A stretch of 64,000 nt of DNA from a virus, in IMG/VR virus record IMGVR_UViG_3300027747_002579, positions 1 through 64,000 of that record; one strand, written 5' to 3'. Numbering within the stretch: the stretch's first letter is position 1; each line of letters starts with the position of its first letter. A model generated the notes under the pieces. The model made no database searches, had not been told where the DNA came from, and worked only from the letters and a program-made list of their open reading frames with translations. Position numbers and translations under genes: made by a program. Positions 1-9,861 of the stretch are shown one piece after another.

Positions 1-40
1 CTAGAAAAAAAAATTTTTTTTTTGTATTTATATTTCCCCT

Positions 41-48
41 TACCTTTG
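41..48 (+). promoter_or_regulatory. Bacteroidota-type -7 promoter element TACCTTTG
   Basis: Matches TAnnTTTG; TTTG at 21-24 gives a short 16-nt spacer; upstream of first gene. Confidence 0.4.
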
Positions 49-149
49 AAGGGTGGAGGGCGGGAATAGATCTATAGAAACCATAGAATTTTTAGGATTT
101 TATAGCTTATGTGGTTTAGAGGAGTTTTTAGTTTACACGAAAATGTTTC

Positions 150-157
150 TATCTTTG
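150..157 (+). promoter_or_regulatory. Bacteroidota-type -7 promoter element TATCTTTG
   Basis: TAnnTTTG ending 12 nt before ATG at 170. Confidence 0.5.
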
Positions 158-169
158 TAGGAATTAAAT

Positions 170-523
170 ATGGAAAATAGGAAAACGATATTACAGACAT
201 TGAGGAAAACACTTCCTGATGTTTATTCAATAGCAGAAAAGTATTATACATTCATTTCTGTTATGAATGACATTAAGTTGTCTGAGAGAGAAATACAATT
301 GATATCATTTTTTGCTGTTAAAGGGAATATTTCCTATACAGTGAATAAGGAGGAGTTTTGTAAGAAGTATAACAGTTCAGAGGCTACGATGAATAATATT
401 ATTTCTAAGCTTAAGAAGATGAAGATTTTGTATAAGGAAGGAAATAGGATAAAATTACATTCTGCCATTCTTTTGGATTTTAATAAAAACATTTCTTTGA
501 ACATAAATCTTGTACATGAATAG
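170..523 (+). CDS. Small putative winged-HTH DNA-binding protein
   Basis: LSEREIQL...SEATMNNIISKLKKMKILYK pattern. Confidence 0.55.
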   Translation: MENRKTILQTLRKTLPDVYSIAEKYYTFISVMNDIKLSEREIQLISFFAVKGNISYTVNKEEFCKKYNSSEATMNNIISKLKKMKILYKEGNRIKLHSAILLDFNKNISLNINLVHE

Positions 524-866
524 ACCCTCTTCTATGTCGATTAAGGAATACCTTGTACGTTTACAAGCTATGTCTTCTCTAAGAAGTGAGAGTGTTATTA
601 ACAGTGTTATTACACATCAGTTTCAGAGTGCTAACGATGCTATGAAAACAAACAATAGCATAGAGATTTCTGGCTTTGGGAAGTTTTATTTTAATTTGCC
701 AAAGGCTAAGAAAAGGATAGAAGCTCTTAATAATAAAATAAGGAATTATAAGAGAGCGTTAATAGAAGACAGTCCTTCAGAAATTCTCATAAAAAGAATA
801 GAAGCAAGAATTGTTTTTCTACAGGAAGAATTAGACAGATTAAATAATAAAACCAATGAGCTTTAA
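516..866 (+). CDS. HU/IHF-like DNA-binding protein
   Basis: IEISGFGKF resembles HU/IHF signature; ATG at 516 preferred over TTG at 510. Confidence 0.6.
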   Translation: MNRPSSMSIKEYLVRLQAMSSLRSESVINSVITHQFQSANDAMKTNNSIEISGFGKFYFNLPKAKKRIEALNNKIRNYKRALIEDSPSEILIKRIEARIVFLQEELDRLNNKTNEL

Positions 867-1158
867 ACAAATTTTAGAAGGATGGAGAAATCACATTATT
901 CCTCCACATGAAATGAAAGAAGTGATTAATAACACTTCTATAGAAAGAATGAATATATGTAACAAGTGTGAATGGTTTTCTGAGAACAGAAAGAAGACAG
1001 GGGAATATAACACGTTGCGTCCTGATGAACATTGTACAAATTGTGGATGTACGCTTTCTGCTAAAACAAAATGTCTTTCTTGTAGCTGTCCTTTGTCTCT
1101 ATGGGATGCTGTTACAACAGATGAAAGTATTGATGACGAATTAAATGATTTGAAATGA
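856..1158 (+). CDS. Cys-rich putative zinc-binding protein
   Basis: CNKC, HCTNCGC, CLSCSCP then W. Confidence 0.65.
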   Translation: MSFKQILEGWRNHIIPPHEMKEVINNTSIERMNICNKCEWFSENRKKTGEYNTLRPDEHCTNCGCTLSAKTKCLSCSCPLSLWDAVTTDESIDDELNDLK

Positions 1159-1355
1159 ACAATATGACAATAAGGAAAGTGGAATTGTTGGCATTGCTAA
1201 CAGCTTTGAAAGAAGTGTATGAAACAACAGAGGTTAGGTATATTGATATTACAGCAACGCTTCATGACGATGAGGATACATTGATGATAACACCTTCTGA
1301 AGACGATGATGATGACGAAGAAATAATTGAAATTGATATAACAGATTTAGCATGA
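1155..1355 (+). CDS. Hypothetical acidic protein
   Basis: ATGA overlaps with both neighbours. Confidence 0.6.
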   Translation: MNNMTIRKVELLALLTALKEVYETTEVRYIDITATLHDDEDTLMITPSEDDDDDEEIIEIDITDLA

Positions 1356-1528
1356 ACACAATACAAGACGCATTTTATTTTATAGAGAAGTTGGCAGCAA
1401 TATGTGCTACGCCAGGAATTAATGTGACAACACAAGACATTGCAAATAATCAAATACAGAGATTGTTGGGTGTGGTGGAACAGGAAGTGAAGAAGATAAC
1501 AGCACAAAGCAGTGGAATAATAATTTAG
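1352..1528 (+). CDS. Hypothetical 58-aa protein (not in ORF track)
   Basis: Read by eye: MNTIQDAFYFIEKLAAICATPGINV...SSGIII*, ATGA-coupled, fills the gap to 1531. Confidence 0.65.
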   Translation: MNTIQDAFYFIEKLAAICATPGINVTTQDIANNQIQRLLGVVEQEVKKITAQSSGIII

Positions 1529-1530
1529 AA

Positions 1531-1800
1531 ATGGCAAAGAAGAAGAACGAATATAGTGAAATCATTGATGTGCTGAAAGAGCTAAAAACTCTCCATCCCT
1601 CTTATGGCATGGGAAGACACATAGCAACAGCTTTAGATGATTGTGGAGACGTGTGGGGAATGAGAGACAGTGAAATGCTTTTTGCTCTACAGAAATACAA
1701 GAGTGAATTAGATATGAACATTGTCTCAGATGATGCCCTTGACAATATTGTAAAGGATGGATTGAATTTATTTAACCAAGAAGACTATGGCGACTATTAA
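1531..1800 (+). CDS. Hypothetical protein
   Basis: Tightly packed ORF in operon. Confidence 0.65.
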   Translation: MAKKKNEYSEIIDVLKELKTLHPSYGMGRHIATALDDCGDVWGMRDSEMLFALQKYKSELDMNIVSDDALDNIVKDGLNLFNQEDYGDY

Positions 1801-2119
1801 AAAAACTACATACATTAATACAGAACTTCTGTGGGCGGAGGAACAACTTACGTCATGGAAAGCATATGTTAATGCCAATCCTCTTCACGAGTTGAAGGAC
1901 AGGATTGAATGGAAACCAACATCAAAAGGAGGAATGCTCCCAATGGTGATTGCTTCTATAGAGGCTCAGGGGAAGTTTGTTCAAGAGACAATGAAGAACT
2001 ATTTAGCTTTATTAGAAGTGGTGGATAAACTTAGAGAAAAAGAAGAAGCAAAAGTGGAAGTGAGAGGTAAGGGAGAATTGTCTTCTATGGCTGAAGACTT
2101 TCTTAAAAATAGAAAATGA
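1787..2119 (+). CDS. Hypothetical protein, possible terminase small subunit
   Basis: Directly upstream of and ATGA-coupled to TerL; positional inference only. Confidence 0.45.
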   Translation: MATIKKTTYINTELLWAEEQLTSWKAYVNANPLHELKDRIEWKPTSKGGMLPMVIASIEAQGKFVQETMKNYLALLEVVDKLREKEEAKVEVRGKGELSSMAEDFLKNRK

Positions 2120-4143
2120 TCAATCTCAAAAATATAGATTATAAAGATTGGTACATCAATCAAAAAAGAATTCCAGATAAATCCTCTGAAGAACATAGAG
2201 AGTTTTTCAACCATCACAAAGAATTGTGTCTGAACGGAGCAATGATGGATGGTGTGTACATAAACCCATTTTTATATTGGCACCTCAACTTCTGGAACAC
2301 AGAGGTGGATATAATAGATGAACGTGGTAGAATTTCACAAAAATATGCCAATCCCTATTTGAGAGATAATGAATGGGTGATAACAAATGAAATTGATAGG
2401 GCACAGAACGAAAGAAAAGGACTTGTTATTTTAGGCATAAGACGTTTGGCAAAATCAGTTTTAGAATCAAGCTACATAGCTTGGGGAGCAACGTTTGATG
2501 AAAACTCACAGAACGTAATTGCAGGCTTAAATAGCCCTGATATAAAGCTTATTACAGATAAGATAGACAAGGGATTGAATTTCATTCCTGAAGCTTGGAG
2601 GTGGCAAAGAATAGAAGATAATTGGAAGAATCAAGTGACGCTAGGAATTAAAACTAAATCAGGAGAAAGGATTCCTTATTCCTCTATTCTTATTCGTAAC
2701 CTTGATGAAGGTAATAATGAGGAAGCTATTGCAGGTACAAAACCCAGAAAGCTTATTATAGATGAGATAGGAAAAGGATCCTTTCTTAGAGGACTTCAAG
2801 CTGCTATTCCAGGATTTACAACACCCTTTGGTTGGGGATGTAGTCCAATTCTTACAGGAACAGGTGGTGACATGAAAAGATTTATGGATGCCAAGAGTCT
2901 TATGTTTGATGTAGACAATTTTAACTTCCTTACGTACAATAATTCAAAAGACACGTCTAGAATACATGGGCTATTTATTTCTAACAAGTATAGAATGGAA
3001 GCCAAAGAAGACTCTTCTCTTGGTGCTTTCCTAAACGTTCCTCTTTCTTCAGAACTACACCAAGTTAAAATGCTTGTAAGCAATGAAGAAAAAGCAAATG
3101 CTCTCACTGTAAGTAATCTTGAACGTCTGAAGAAAGCTGGAGATAGAATTGCCTATCTAAAAGAAAAGATGTACTATCCTCAAGAAGTGGATGATATATT
3201 TTTAAATGAGGATACAAACATATTTGATATTGAATCTGCCAAGAGACAAAAGAGTAGATTGTTACAACAATTGAGAACAGGCACTCCTGTTATTCTTTTC
3301 CAAGATGAGGGTAAAATATCACACGAGTTTACAGACAAACTACCTATTTCAAACTTTCCTCTAAAGAATTCTGATTTAAAAGATGCTCCTGTAGTTATAT
3401 ATGAATTTCCTATAGAAAATCCTCCATACGGATTGTATGTAGCAGGAGTGGATCCCTACAGACAGGGACAATCAGCATACAGTTCTTCTCTAGGTAGTGT
3501 GTACATATATAAGAGAATGCACAGCTTGATGGATGAAAAATACCAAGACATGTTTGTAGCTTCTTATTGTGCACGTCCTGATAAGAAAGAAACATGGGAA
3601 GAACAAGCTAGAATGCTAATTAAATATTACAATGCTCGCACCCTTTGTGAGAATGATGATATTTCTTTTATAGAATACATGAAGTCAAAAGGAGATGCAC
3701 AATATCTAGAAAAGCAGCCTCAATGGCTCATGGAGATTGTTCCTAACACAACAGTGAAGCGAGAATATGGAATACATAGAAGTAGTCAAAAGATTATTGA
3801 TTATTTACATGCATGTCTGAAGAAATATATGGAAGAATCTATTGTTAAAGAAACTGATGAGAATGGCTCTGTGATTAGAGAGGTGTTTGGGGTGAATAAA
3901 ATACTTGATCCCGTTCTTCTAGAAGAGATTATTCAATATAACGATAATGGTAACTTTGATAGAATCATTGCTGCGGAATTAGCAATAGCACAAGCACTCA
4001 AAATGGATCCTATATTTGGAAGAATTGGAGGAAGTGGAGATGATAGAGTGAAATCTTTGTATTCAGGAAAAAGAAACAATAAATTATTTTCTGAATCAAG
4101 TTCTCTTTTTTACAATAAACAAAAACAAAAACTGTTTACATAA
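2116..4143 (+). CDS. terL: Terminase large subunit
   Basis: Walker A-like GIRRLAKS, Walker B LIIDEIG, TGTGG coupling motif, nuclease motifs AGVDPY and NFDRI; precedes portal. Confidence 0.93.
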   Translation: MINLKNIDYKDWYINQKRIPDKSSEEHREFFNHHKELCLNGAMMDGVYINPFLYWHLNFWNTEVDIIDERGRISQKYANPYLRDNEWVITNEIDRAQNERKGLVILGIRRLAKSVLESSYIAWGATFDENSQNVIAGLNSPDIKLITDKIDKGLNFIPEAWRWQRIEDNWKNQVTLGIKTKSGERIPYSSILIRNLDEGNNEEAIAGTKPRKLIIDEIGKGSFLRGLQAAIPGFTTPFGWGCSPILTGTGGDMKRFMDAKSLMFDVDNFNFLTYNNSKDTSRIHGLFISNKYRMEAKEDSSLGAFLNVPLSSELHQVKMLVSNEEKANALTVSNLERLKKAGDRIAYLKEKMYYPQEVDDIFLNEDTNIFDIESAKRQKSRLLQQLRTGTPVILFQDEGKISHEFTDKLPISNFPLKNSDLKDAPVVIYEFPIENPPYGLYVAGVDPYRQGQSAYSSSLGSVYIYKRMHSLMDEKYQDMFVASYCARPDKKETWEEQARMLIKYYNARTLCENDDISFIEYMKSKGDAQYLEKQPQWLMEIVPNTTVKREYGIHRSSQKIIDYLHACLKKYMEESIVKETDENGSVIREVFGVNKILDPVLLEEIIQYNDNGNFDRIIAAELAIAQALKMDPIFGRIGGSGDDRVKSLYSGKRNNKLFSESSSLFYNKQKQKLFT

Positions 4144-6731
4144 TGCCTATAATTAGATATACAAAAGATGCTACGATTAGATATGCCTATCTTAATATAT
4201 TCCCTGACCAATTTAAAACAGACAAAGAGAAGCAAGATGAGAGTTGGGTGAAGAACACAATGGACTATTTTGCAAACAAAGCATATTCTGAATATGTAAA
4301 GAATAGAGATACATTTGTTAAAAACTATGATCTTATTAAAGGGATTCTTCGTCCTGAAGATTTTTATCAAGAACAAGATGTAAAGTCATTTACAGAAATG
4401 TTACAAAGTGATTTGGAACTTCCTGCATATGTTAAACATTATTCAATTATTACAACACCTGTTAATGAGCTTGTGGGAGAGATTTCAAAAAGACCTAACA
4501 CATATTCTATAAAAGCATTTGATGATGATAGCAAGGCAGAAGAGTTGGAATACAAAACACAGCTTCTTCAGGACTACGTAATGAATCAAGTGAAACAAGA
4601 CATTCTGCAGAAAGCAGCAATGAGAGGAGAAGAAATAGACGAGGAGCAGTTGAATCAAATGACAATGGAGCAGGTGAAAGAAGATTTAGATTCTTACACA
4701 TCTGTTGCAGAGAAATGGGCAAATCACATACTTACAGCTACAAAAGCTGAATTCAATCTCAAAGAAAAGAGTGAGGATGCATTTAGAGACATGATGATCA
4801 CTGCTAGAGAATTCTATCACATCTATGAAGATAATTCTAAAACAGGATATAATATAGAAGTGTGCAATCCTAAGAATACATGGTTTCTCACTACGCCTGA
4901 TAGGAAGTATATTTCAGATGTAACAGGTAGAGCACAAGGAGCGTATGCTGCTGGAACAGTGATGGTGATGGAATTGTCTGAAATTATAGAAACATTCCCA
5001 TTCATCACTAAAGAAGAGATAGATCATTTAAGAAGTTCTTTACAAGACTACGGACTTATAAATGTGAGAGAGTCTAATTTGGGAAACCCTAATGCCACTC
5101 CTGGAACAGACTCTGTACAATACGACACCTATGATCCTCTTGTGCTTCGTACAAGAATGATTATTGAATCAGAAATGAAAGAGAACAATGATGGACTAAA
5201 AGACTTTTTAGGACTCACATCAAATGTTTCCTCATTTGGATACAAATATGTTGTTGTAAGAGCTTATTGGATTTCAAAAAAGAAAATAGGGAAGCTTATA
5301 TTCTTAGATGAAATGGGAAATGAACAATCAATATTAGTTGATGAGAGTTACAAAAGTAACACCATTCCTACACAACAGTCTTTAGAATGGGGATGGGTGA
5401 ATCAATGGTATGAAGGAGTGAAGATAGGACCAGACATCTATCACATCAAACCTTACAAGCTTCTTCCATACTGTCCTATTATAGGACTTACACATGAAGT
5501 GAAGAACACAGAAGCGAAGTCTTTAGTAGACTTAATGAAACCTTTTCAGGTGATATACAATGTTTGTATGAATCAACTGTTCAAACTTCTTGAGAAAGAA
5601 ATAGGAAAGGTTTATTTAACATCAATTAGACACATTCCTGTTCCAAAAGACGGAGATGCACAAGATGCTCTTGATATGTGGGAGTTGGAAGCAAGAAATC
5701 GAGGAGTGGTATTTATTGATGACTCTCCAGAAAATCTAAAAGCACCATCTTCTTTCAACCAGTTCAGAGACATTGATTTAACAAGAACACAAGAAATACA
5801 ATCTCGTTACACTCTTGCACAACAAATGAAGAATGAGTGTTGGGAATTGATAGGTATGTCTAAACAGAGAATGGGAAGTATTTCTGCATCAGAATCTGCT
5901 ACAGGAACAAATGCTGCTCTTACACAAAGTTATTCTCAAACAGAACCTCTTTTTGTAGCTCATGAATATGTATTAGGACAACTCTATCAAGCTGTTATTG
6001 ATGCTTCTCTCTATGTAGAAAGCAAAAAGCCTCAATCAACAATTTCATACATTACATCTAAAGGAGAATCAGCATTTGTAGAAGTGAATGGTACAGATTT
6101 GAGATTTAGAGATTTGAAAGTGTTTGCTACAAATAGACCTGAAGATAAGAAGATGTTTGAAGAGATTAGACAATTGTCTCAAGCTGTTATACAGAATGGT
6201 GGATCATTGTACGACATTATAGAATTGTATTCTACAGATTCTGTACGTCAAATGAAGAAGGTGTTTAAGACATTGAAAGATAGACAAGAGCAAATGCAAG
6301 ACCAACAACAACAAATGCAACAACAGCAGCAACAAGCTCAACAAGAACAAGCTCAAGCTCAATTGGCACAACAACAACAACAACATGAAGAGCAAATAGC
6401 TCATGATGACTATCAAAAACAACTTGATAGACTTTCTAAAGAGAAGATTGCAATTATTTCAGCAACAGGATATGGTAATGTTGCAGCAGAAGATGTTGAC
6501 CAGAACGCTGTTCCAGACGTATTAGAAATGAGTAAGCTTTCTCACGAGCAGGAAAAGGCTGCAAAAGATTATCAGTTGAAAATGCAAGACATTCAATTAA
6601 AGAATAAACAATCAAACGATAAGATGGCTTTAGAAAGAGAGAAGCTTCAAGTGGCAAGAGAAAATCAAAAGAATGATTTAGAGATTGCTAGAACAAATGC
6701 AAAGAACAGAGCATCAAAGAGTAAGAAATAG
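4143..6731 (+). CDS. Portal protein
   Basis: 862 aa, TAATG-coupled to TerL, helical with Gln-rich coiled-coil C-terminus; crAss-like gene order. Confidence 0.88.
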   Translation: MPIIRYTKDATIRYAYLNIFPDQFKTDKEKQDESWVKNTMDYFANKAYSEYVKNRDTFVKNYDLIKGILRPEDFYQEQDVKSFTEMLQSDLELPAYVKHYSIITTPVNELVGEISKRPNTYSIKAFDDDSKAEELEYKTQLLQDYVMNQVKQDILQKAAMRGEEIDEEQLNQMTMEQVKEDLDSYTSVAEKWANHILTATKAEFNLKEKSEDAFRDMMITAREFYHIYEDNSKTGYNIEVCNPKNTWFLTTPDRKYISDVTGRAQGAYAAGTVMVMELSEIIETFPFITKEEIDHLRSSLQDYGLINVRESNLGNPNATPGTDSVQYDTYDPLVLRTRMIIESEMKENNDGLKDFLGLTSNVSSFGYKYVVVRAYWISKKKIGKLIFLDEMGNEQSILVDESYKSNTIPTQQSLEWGWVNQWYEGVKIGPDIYHIKPYKLLPYCPIIGLTHEVKNTEAKSLVDLMKPFQVIYNVCMNQLFKLLEKEIGKVYLTSIRHIPVPKDGDAQDALDMWELEARNRGVVFIDDSPENLKAPSSFNQFRDIDLTRTQEIQSRYTLAQQMKNECWELIGMSKQRMGSISASESATGTNAALTQSYSQTEPLFVAHEYVLGQLYQAVIDASLYVESKKPQSTISYITSKGESAFVEVNGTDLRFRDLKVFATNRPEDKKMFEEIRQLSQAVIQNGGSLYDIIELYSTDSVRQMKKVFKTLKDRQEQMQDQQQQMQQQQQQAQQEQAQAQLAQQQQQHEEQIAHDDYQKQLDRLSKEKIAIISATGYGNVAAEDVDQNAVPDVLEMSKLSHEQEKAAKDYQLKMQDIQLKNKQSNDKMALEREKLQVARENQKNDLEIARTNAKNRASKSKK
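6286..6390 (+). repeat. CAA-rich poly-Gln low-complexity tract in portal
   Basis: QEQMQDQQQQMQQQQQQAQQEQAQAQLAQQQQQ. Confidence 0.8.
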
Positions 6732-6777
6732 TAATGCCATATTAAATTCAAAATTCACTGTTTTCAAACCTAATGTG

Positions 6778-6808
6778 TTTGTTAGAATACATTTAATACA
6801 TATTTTTA
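6778..6808 (+). promoter_or_regulatory. Near-consensus host-type promoter TTTG-N19-TATTTTTA
   Basis: TTTG 6778-6781, TATTTTTA 6801-6808 (one mismatch), upstream of scaffold/capsid genes. Confidence 0.4.
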
Positions 6809-6829
6809 CACTATAAACCAAAACTACAT

Positions 6830-8077
6830 ATGTCTGATAATTTAGAAACCCCATCATTTGGAGATTTCAGTATACAAAATACAATGGAAATGGGAATGGG
6901 CAATCAAGAATTGCTTAAAGACCTAATGTCCGCAGAAACATCCACTGCTTCTCCAGAAGAAGTGACTGAAATAAAAGAAGAAGCTCCAAAACCCTCCACA
7001 AAATCATCATCCCCAAAAACTACAGAAAGCGATGCTCCTAAAAAGGAAGAATCTGACGCAAGCAAATCGATTCAAGATTTTCTTCTTGGAGAAACAGAAG
7101 AAGAAGATGATGATGACGATATTCCTGCAAAACCATCTGCAAAATCTAAAACAGCTCCTTCAAATGAAGAATCTGATGATGATGACAATGATGATGTATC
7201 AAATAGATTTACAGCCCTTTCTAATGATTTATTCAAACTTGGAGTTTTTAATAAAGACGAAGATGAAGAGGATGTTAACATTGAATCAGCAGAAGACTTC
7301 CTTGAAAGATTCAATCTAGAAAAGAAGAAAGGATCTATAGAAATAGTGCAAAACTTCATAGGACAGTTTGGTGAAGATTATCAACAAGCATTCGATGCAA
7401 TCTTTGTAAAAGGTGTAGATCCTAAAGAATACTTTGGTGTATATAATAACATAGAAAGTTTTGCAAACCTTGATCTTTCTGAAGAAAGAAATCAGGAAGC
7501 AGTTTTGAAACAAGCTCTTGCTGATCAAGGATTTGATCCAGAAGATGTTGATTCAGAAATTGAAAGACTAAAAAATTATGGAGATTTAGAAACTGTAGCA
7601 CAAAAACACCACAAGGTGTTAGTGAAAAAAGAAGCAGCAAAACTCCAACAGTTAGAAAGACAAAACGAAGAAAGATTACAAAAGCAATATGCCTTTAGAC
7701 AACAATACGTAAACAACGTACAAAATGTTCTACAGTCAAAACTAAAAACAAAAGAATTTGATGGTATTCCCATCAATCCCAAACTTGCTGGTGATCTACA
7801 GGACTTCTTAGTGACAGAAAAATATCAAACTCCATCAGGAGAAAAACTTACAGAGTTTGATAGACAAATTCTTGAATTAAAAAGACCAGAGAATCATGAG
7901 ATGAAAGTGAAAGTGGGACTGCTTTTAAAAATTCTAGAAACTGACCCTACACTTTCAACAATACAAAAAAGGGCAGTGAGTAAAAAATCAGATGAGTTGT
8001 TTAGTGAAGTGGCAAGACAAACTTCAAAAAGTGGCAAATCACTAAGCTCATCAAAACCATCATCTTGGTTTCTGTAA
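6830..8077 (+). CDS. Probable capsid scaffolding/assembly protein
   Basis: Highly acidic, disordered N-half and coiled coil; between portal and major capsid. Confidence 0.6.
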   Translation: MSDNLETPSFGDFSIQNTMEMGMGNQELLKDLMSAETSTASPEEVTEIKEEAPKPSTKSSSPKTTESDAPKKEESDASKSIQDFLLGETEEEDDDDDIPAKPSAKSKTAPSNEESDDDDNDDVSNRFTALSNDLFKLGVFNKDEDEEDVNIESAEDFLERFNLEKKKGSIEIVQNFIGQFGEDYQQAFDAIFVKGVDPKEYFGVYNNIESFANLDLSEERNQEAVLKQALADQGFDPEDVDSEIERLKNYGDLETVAQKHHKVLVKKEAAKLQQLERQNEERLQKQYAFRQQYVNNVQNVLQSKLKTKEFDGIPINPKLAGDLQDFLVTEKYQTPSGEKLTEFDRQILELKRPENHEMKVKVGLLLKILETDPTLSTIQKRAVSKKSDELFSEVARQTSKSGKSLSSSKPSSWFL

Positions 8078-8102
8078 CAAATAATAATAAAAGATAATAA
8101 AA

Positions 8103-9656
8103 ATGGCAATTTCAACAATTCCTGGAGTTACTGGCTTTACATATGCCAGAGTGGCTTCAATGGACAAAAGAGCGGTGGGCAAGCTTACTGATGCTAACCA
8201 CTTAGAAAGTTTTCACTCTACAGAACCTGCAGACTATGATAAGAAAATCATCAGTCTTTACACACAGAGTTCTTTGTATTCTAACGATTTCTTGGACATG
8301 ATTAACAAGTCCACTCCTTTTTATATTGATAATAACAGTGATGCTTGGAAATGGGACATTCAAGTTCCTTACAAGTTTCCTAAAATTATCGATATTCCTA
8401 CAGCAACTTCCAATCTTACAAAACCTGGTATCGATGGTCAAGAATTTTCTCTTGTTCTTGATACTAATGAGTTCTCTAAGAATGCAATTGTATCTGTAGG
8501 CACTCGTCAGTATGGTCCTCGTTTCTACGTAGTTAAAGATCCTCTTCCTTGGAATGCTGGATATTTGTATTCATTCACTCTTGTGTCTGATAACCCTACA
8601 GTGGATTTTGTTAGTTCTACATTCCTTCAGACAGGTATTGAACTTGAATTGATTGACGCTGCAATTGGCGAATTTGATCAAGACTTGTTAGGACTTCCTC
8701 GTTTGGGTGAGAAAATCACTATGTTTGAATCTTTAGGATCAGCATATGGTTATGAGCACAAAATCACTGAGTGGGCTGATGACAAGATGATGAAAGATGC
8801 TTCTGGTAAAGCTTTGGATATTTTGGTGTATGCTCCTCAACGCAGAAACCAACTTCCTTTAACTCGTAACGATGTTAAATGGGAACCATTCATTGAGTTC
8901 TGGATGCGTAAGTCTATGTTAGAATTGAAAGTGAAGCGTATGATTTGGGCTAAACCAGGTACAGTGAAAACTAATGGTTCTAAGCAAGAATTAAAGCGTA
9001 CATCTGCTGGTGTTTACCACAGAATGAGAAACAACGGTAACTTAGTACAATACAATCGTGGTGAATTCACTGCAAACTTAATCAGAAGTGTATTTGGTGA
9101 TCTTTTCTACAGAAGGGTGGACGTTAAAGACCGTAAGGTGAAAATGTACACCAATGAAGCAGGATTTGACGTTTTCCAACAAGCTTTGAAAACAGATGCT
9201 TTAAATTCAGGACTTACTTTCATGGCAGATAGCGGTAATCGTTACATGCAAGGTGAAGGTCAGCACATCACTTACAACTTTGCGTTTGACTCAATGGTCA
9301 CTCGTGAAACTGGTCGTGTAGAGTTGATTCACTTGAAAGAACTTGATCTTCCACAATCAAATTTAGAATTTGGTCAAAACAAAAAATCCACTCCTGTATT
9401 CATGGTATTTGATGTGTCTCCAATGAGCGATGGTTCAATGGTGAACAACATCAGAGAAGTGAGAATGAAAGGTGCTCCTTCTATGACTTGGGGATATATT
9501 GATGGTACTCGTCACCACTTAGGTTTTGCAAAATCTCAAGGTATGAGTTCTGCTAACAAGTTCCCTGGTTATGAAATTTGGATGAAAGATAGATGCGATG
9601 TATTCATCGAAGATTTATCTCGCACAGTTTTGATCGAAGAAATACCACAGTTCTAA
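8103..9656 (+). CDS. Major capsid protein
   Basis: 517 aa, highly expressed-type codon bias (CGT, GGT, TTC), position, followed by strong hairpins. Confidence 0.88.
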   Translation: MAISTIPGVTGFTYARVASMDKRAVGKLTDANHLESFHSTEPADYDKKIISLYTQSSLYSNDFLDMINKSTPFYIDNNSDAWKWDIQVPYKFPKIIDIPTATSNLTKPGIDGQEFSLVLDTNEFSKNAIVSVGTRQYGPRFYVVKDPLPWNAGYLYSFTLVSDNPTVDFVSSTFLQTGIELELIDAAIGEFDQDLLGLPRLGEKITMFESLGSAYGYEHKITEWADDKMMKDASGKALDILVYAPQRRNQLPLTRNDVKWEPFIEFWMRKSMLELKVKRMIWAKPGTVKTNGSKQELKRTSAGVYHRMRNNGNLVQYNRGEFTANLIRSVFGDLFYRRVDVKDRKVKMYTNEAGFDVFQQALKTDALNSGLTFMADSGNRYMQGEGQHITYNFAFDSMVTRETGRVELIHLKELDLPQSNLEFGQNKKSTPVFMVFDVSPMSDGSMVNNIREVRMKGAPSMTWGYIDGTRHHLGFAKSQGMSSANKFPGYEIWMKDRCDVFIEDLSRTVLIEEIPQF

Positions 9657-9721
9657 TAATCCCCCTAGGAATAGTATTTCTAGACCTACACACACTAGCA
9701 ATAGTGTTTATACATCCTACC

Positions 9722-9762
9722 AAGAAGAATCTCCCCCCACCTCCAAGTGGGGGAGTCTTCTT
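9722..9762 (+). terminator. GC-rich hairpin after capsid gene (partial terminator/stabiliser)
   Basis: AAGAAGA-AT-CTCCCCCCAC loop CTCCAA GTGGGGGAG-TCTTCTT. Confidence 0.65.
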
Positions 9763-9861
9763 ACATACAGAATGAAGAATTAAGGTGATAACTTAATTGC
9801 TATCTCTTCGATGAGGATCATTCTGCAAAAACAAAATAAAAAAAACCAAAACAACTAAATA

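Noticed and set aside
5-23. A-run/T-run palindrome at window start as an origin or terminus
   Set aside because: Low complexity and upstream context is missing
2116-4143. Intein or intron in terminase (also considered for vRNAP and MCP)
   Set aside because: No C...HN/[CST] termini or LAGLIDADG motifs noticed; reading frames continuous
9657-9830. tRNA or hammerhead ribozyme in the post-capsid spacer
   Set aside because: No T-loop/anticodon cloverleaf and no CUGAUGA/GAAA core; the track ORF 9593-9775 also looks spurious
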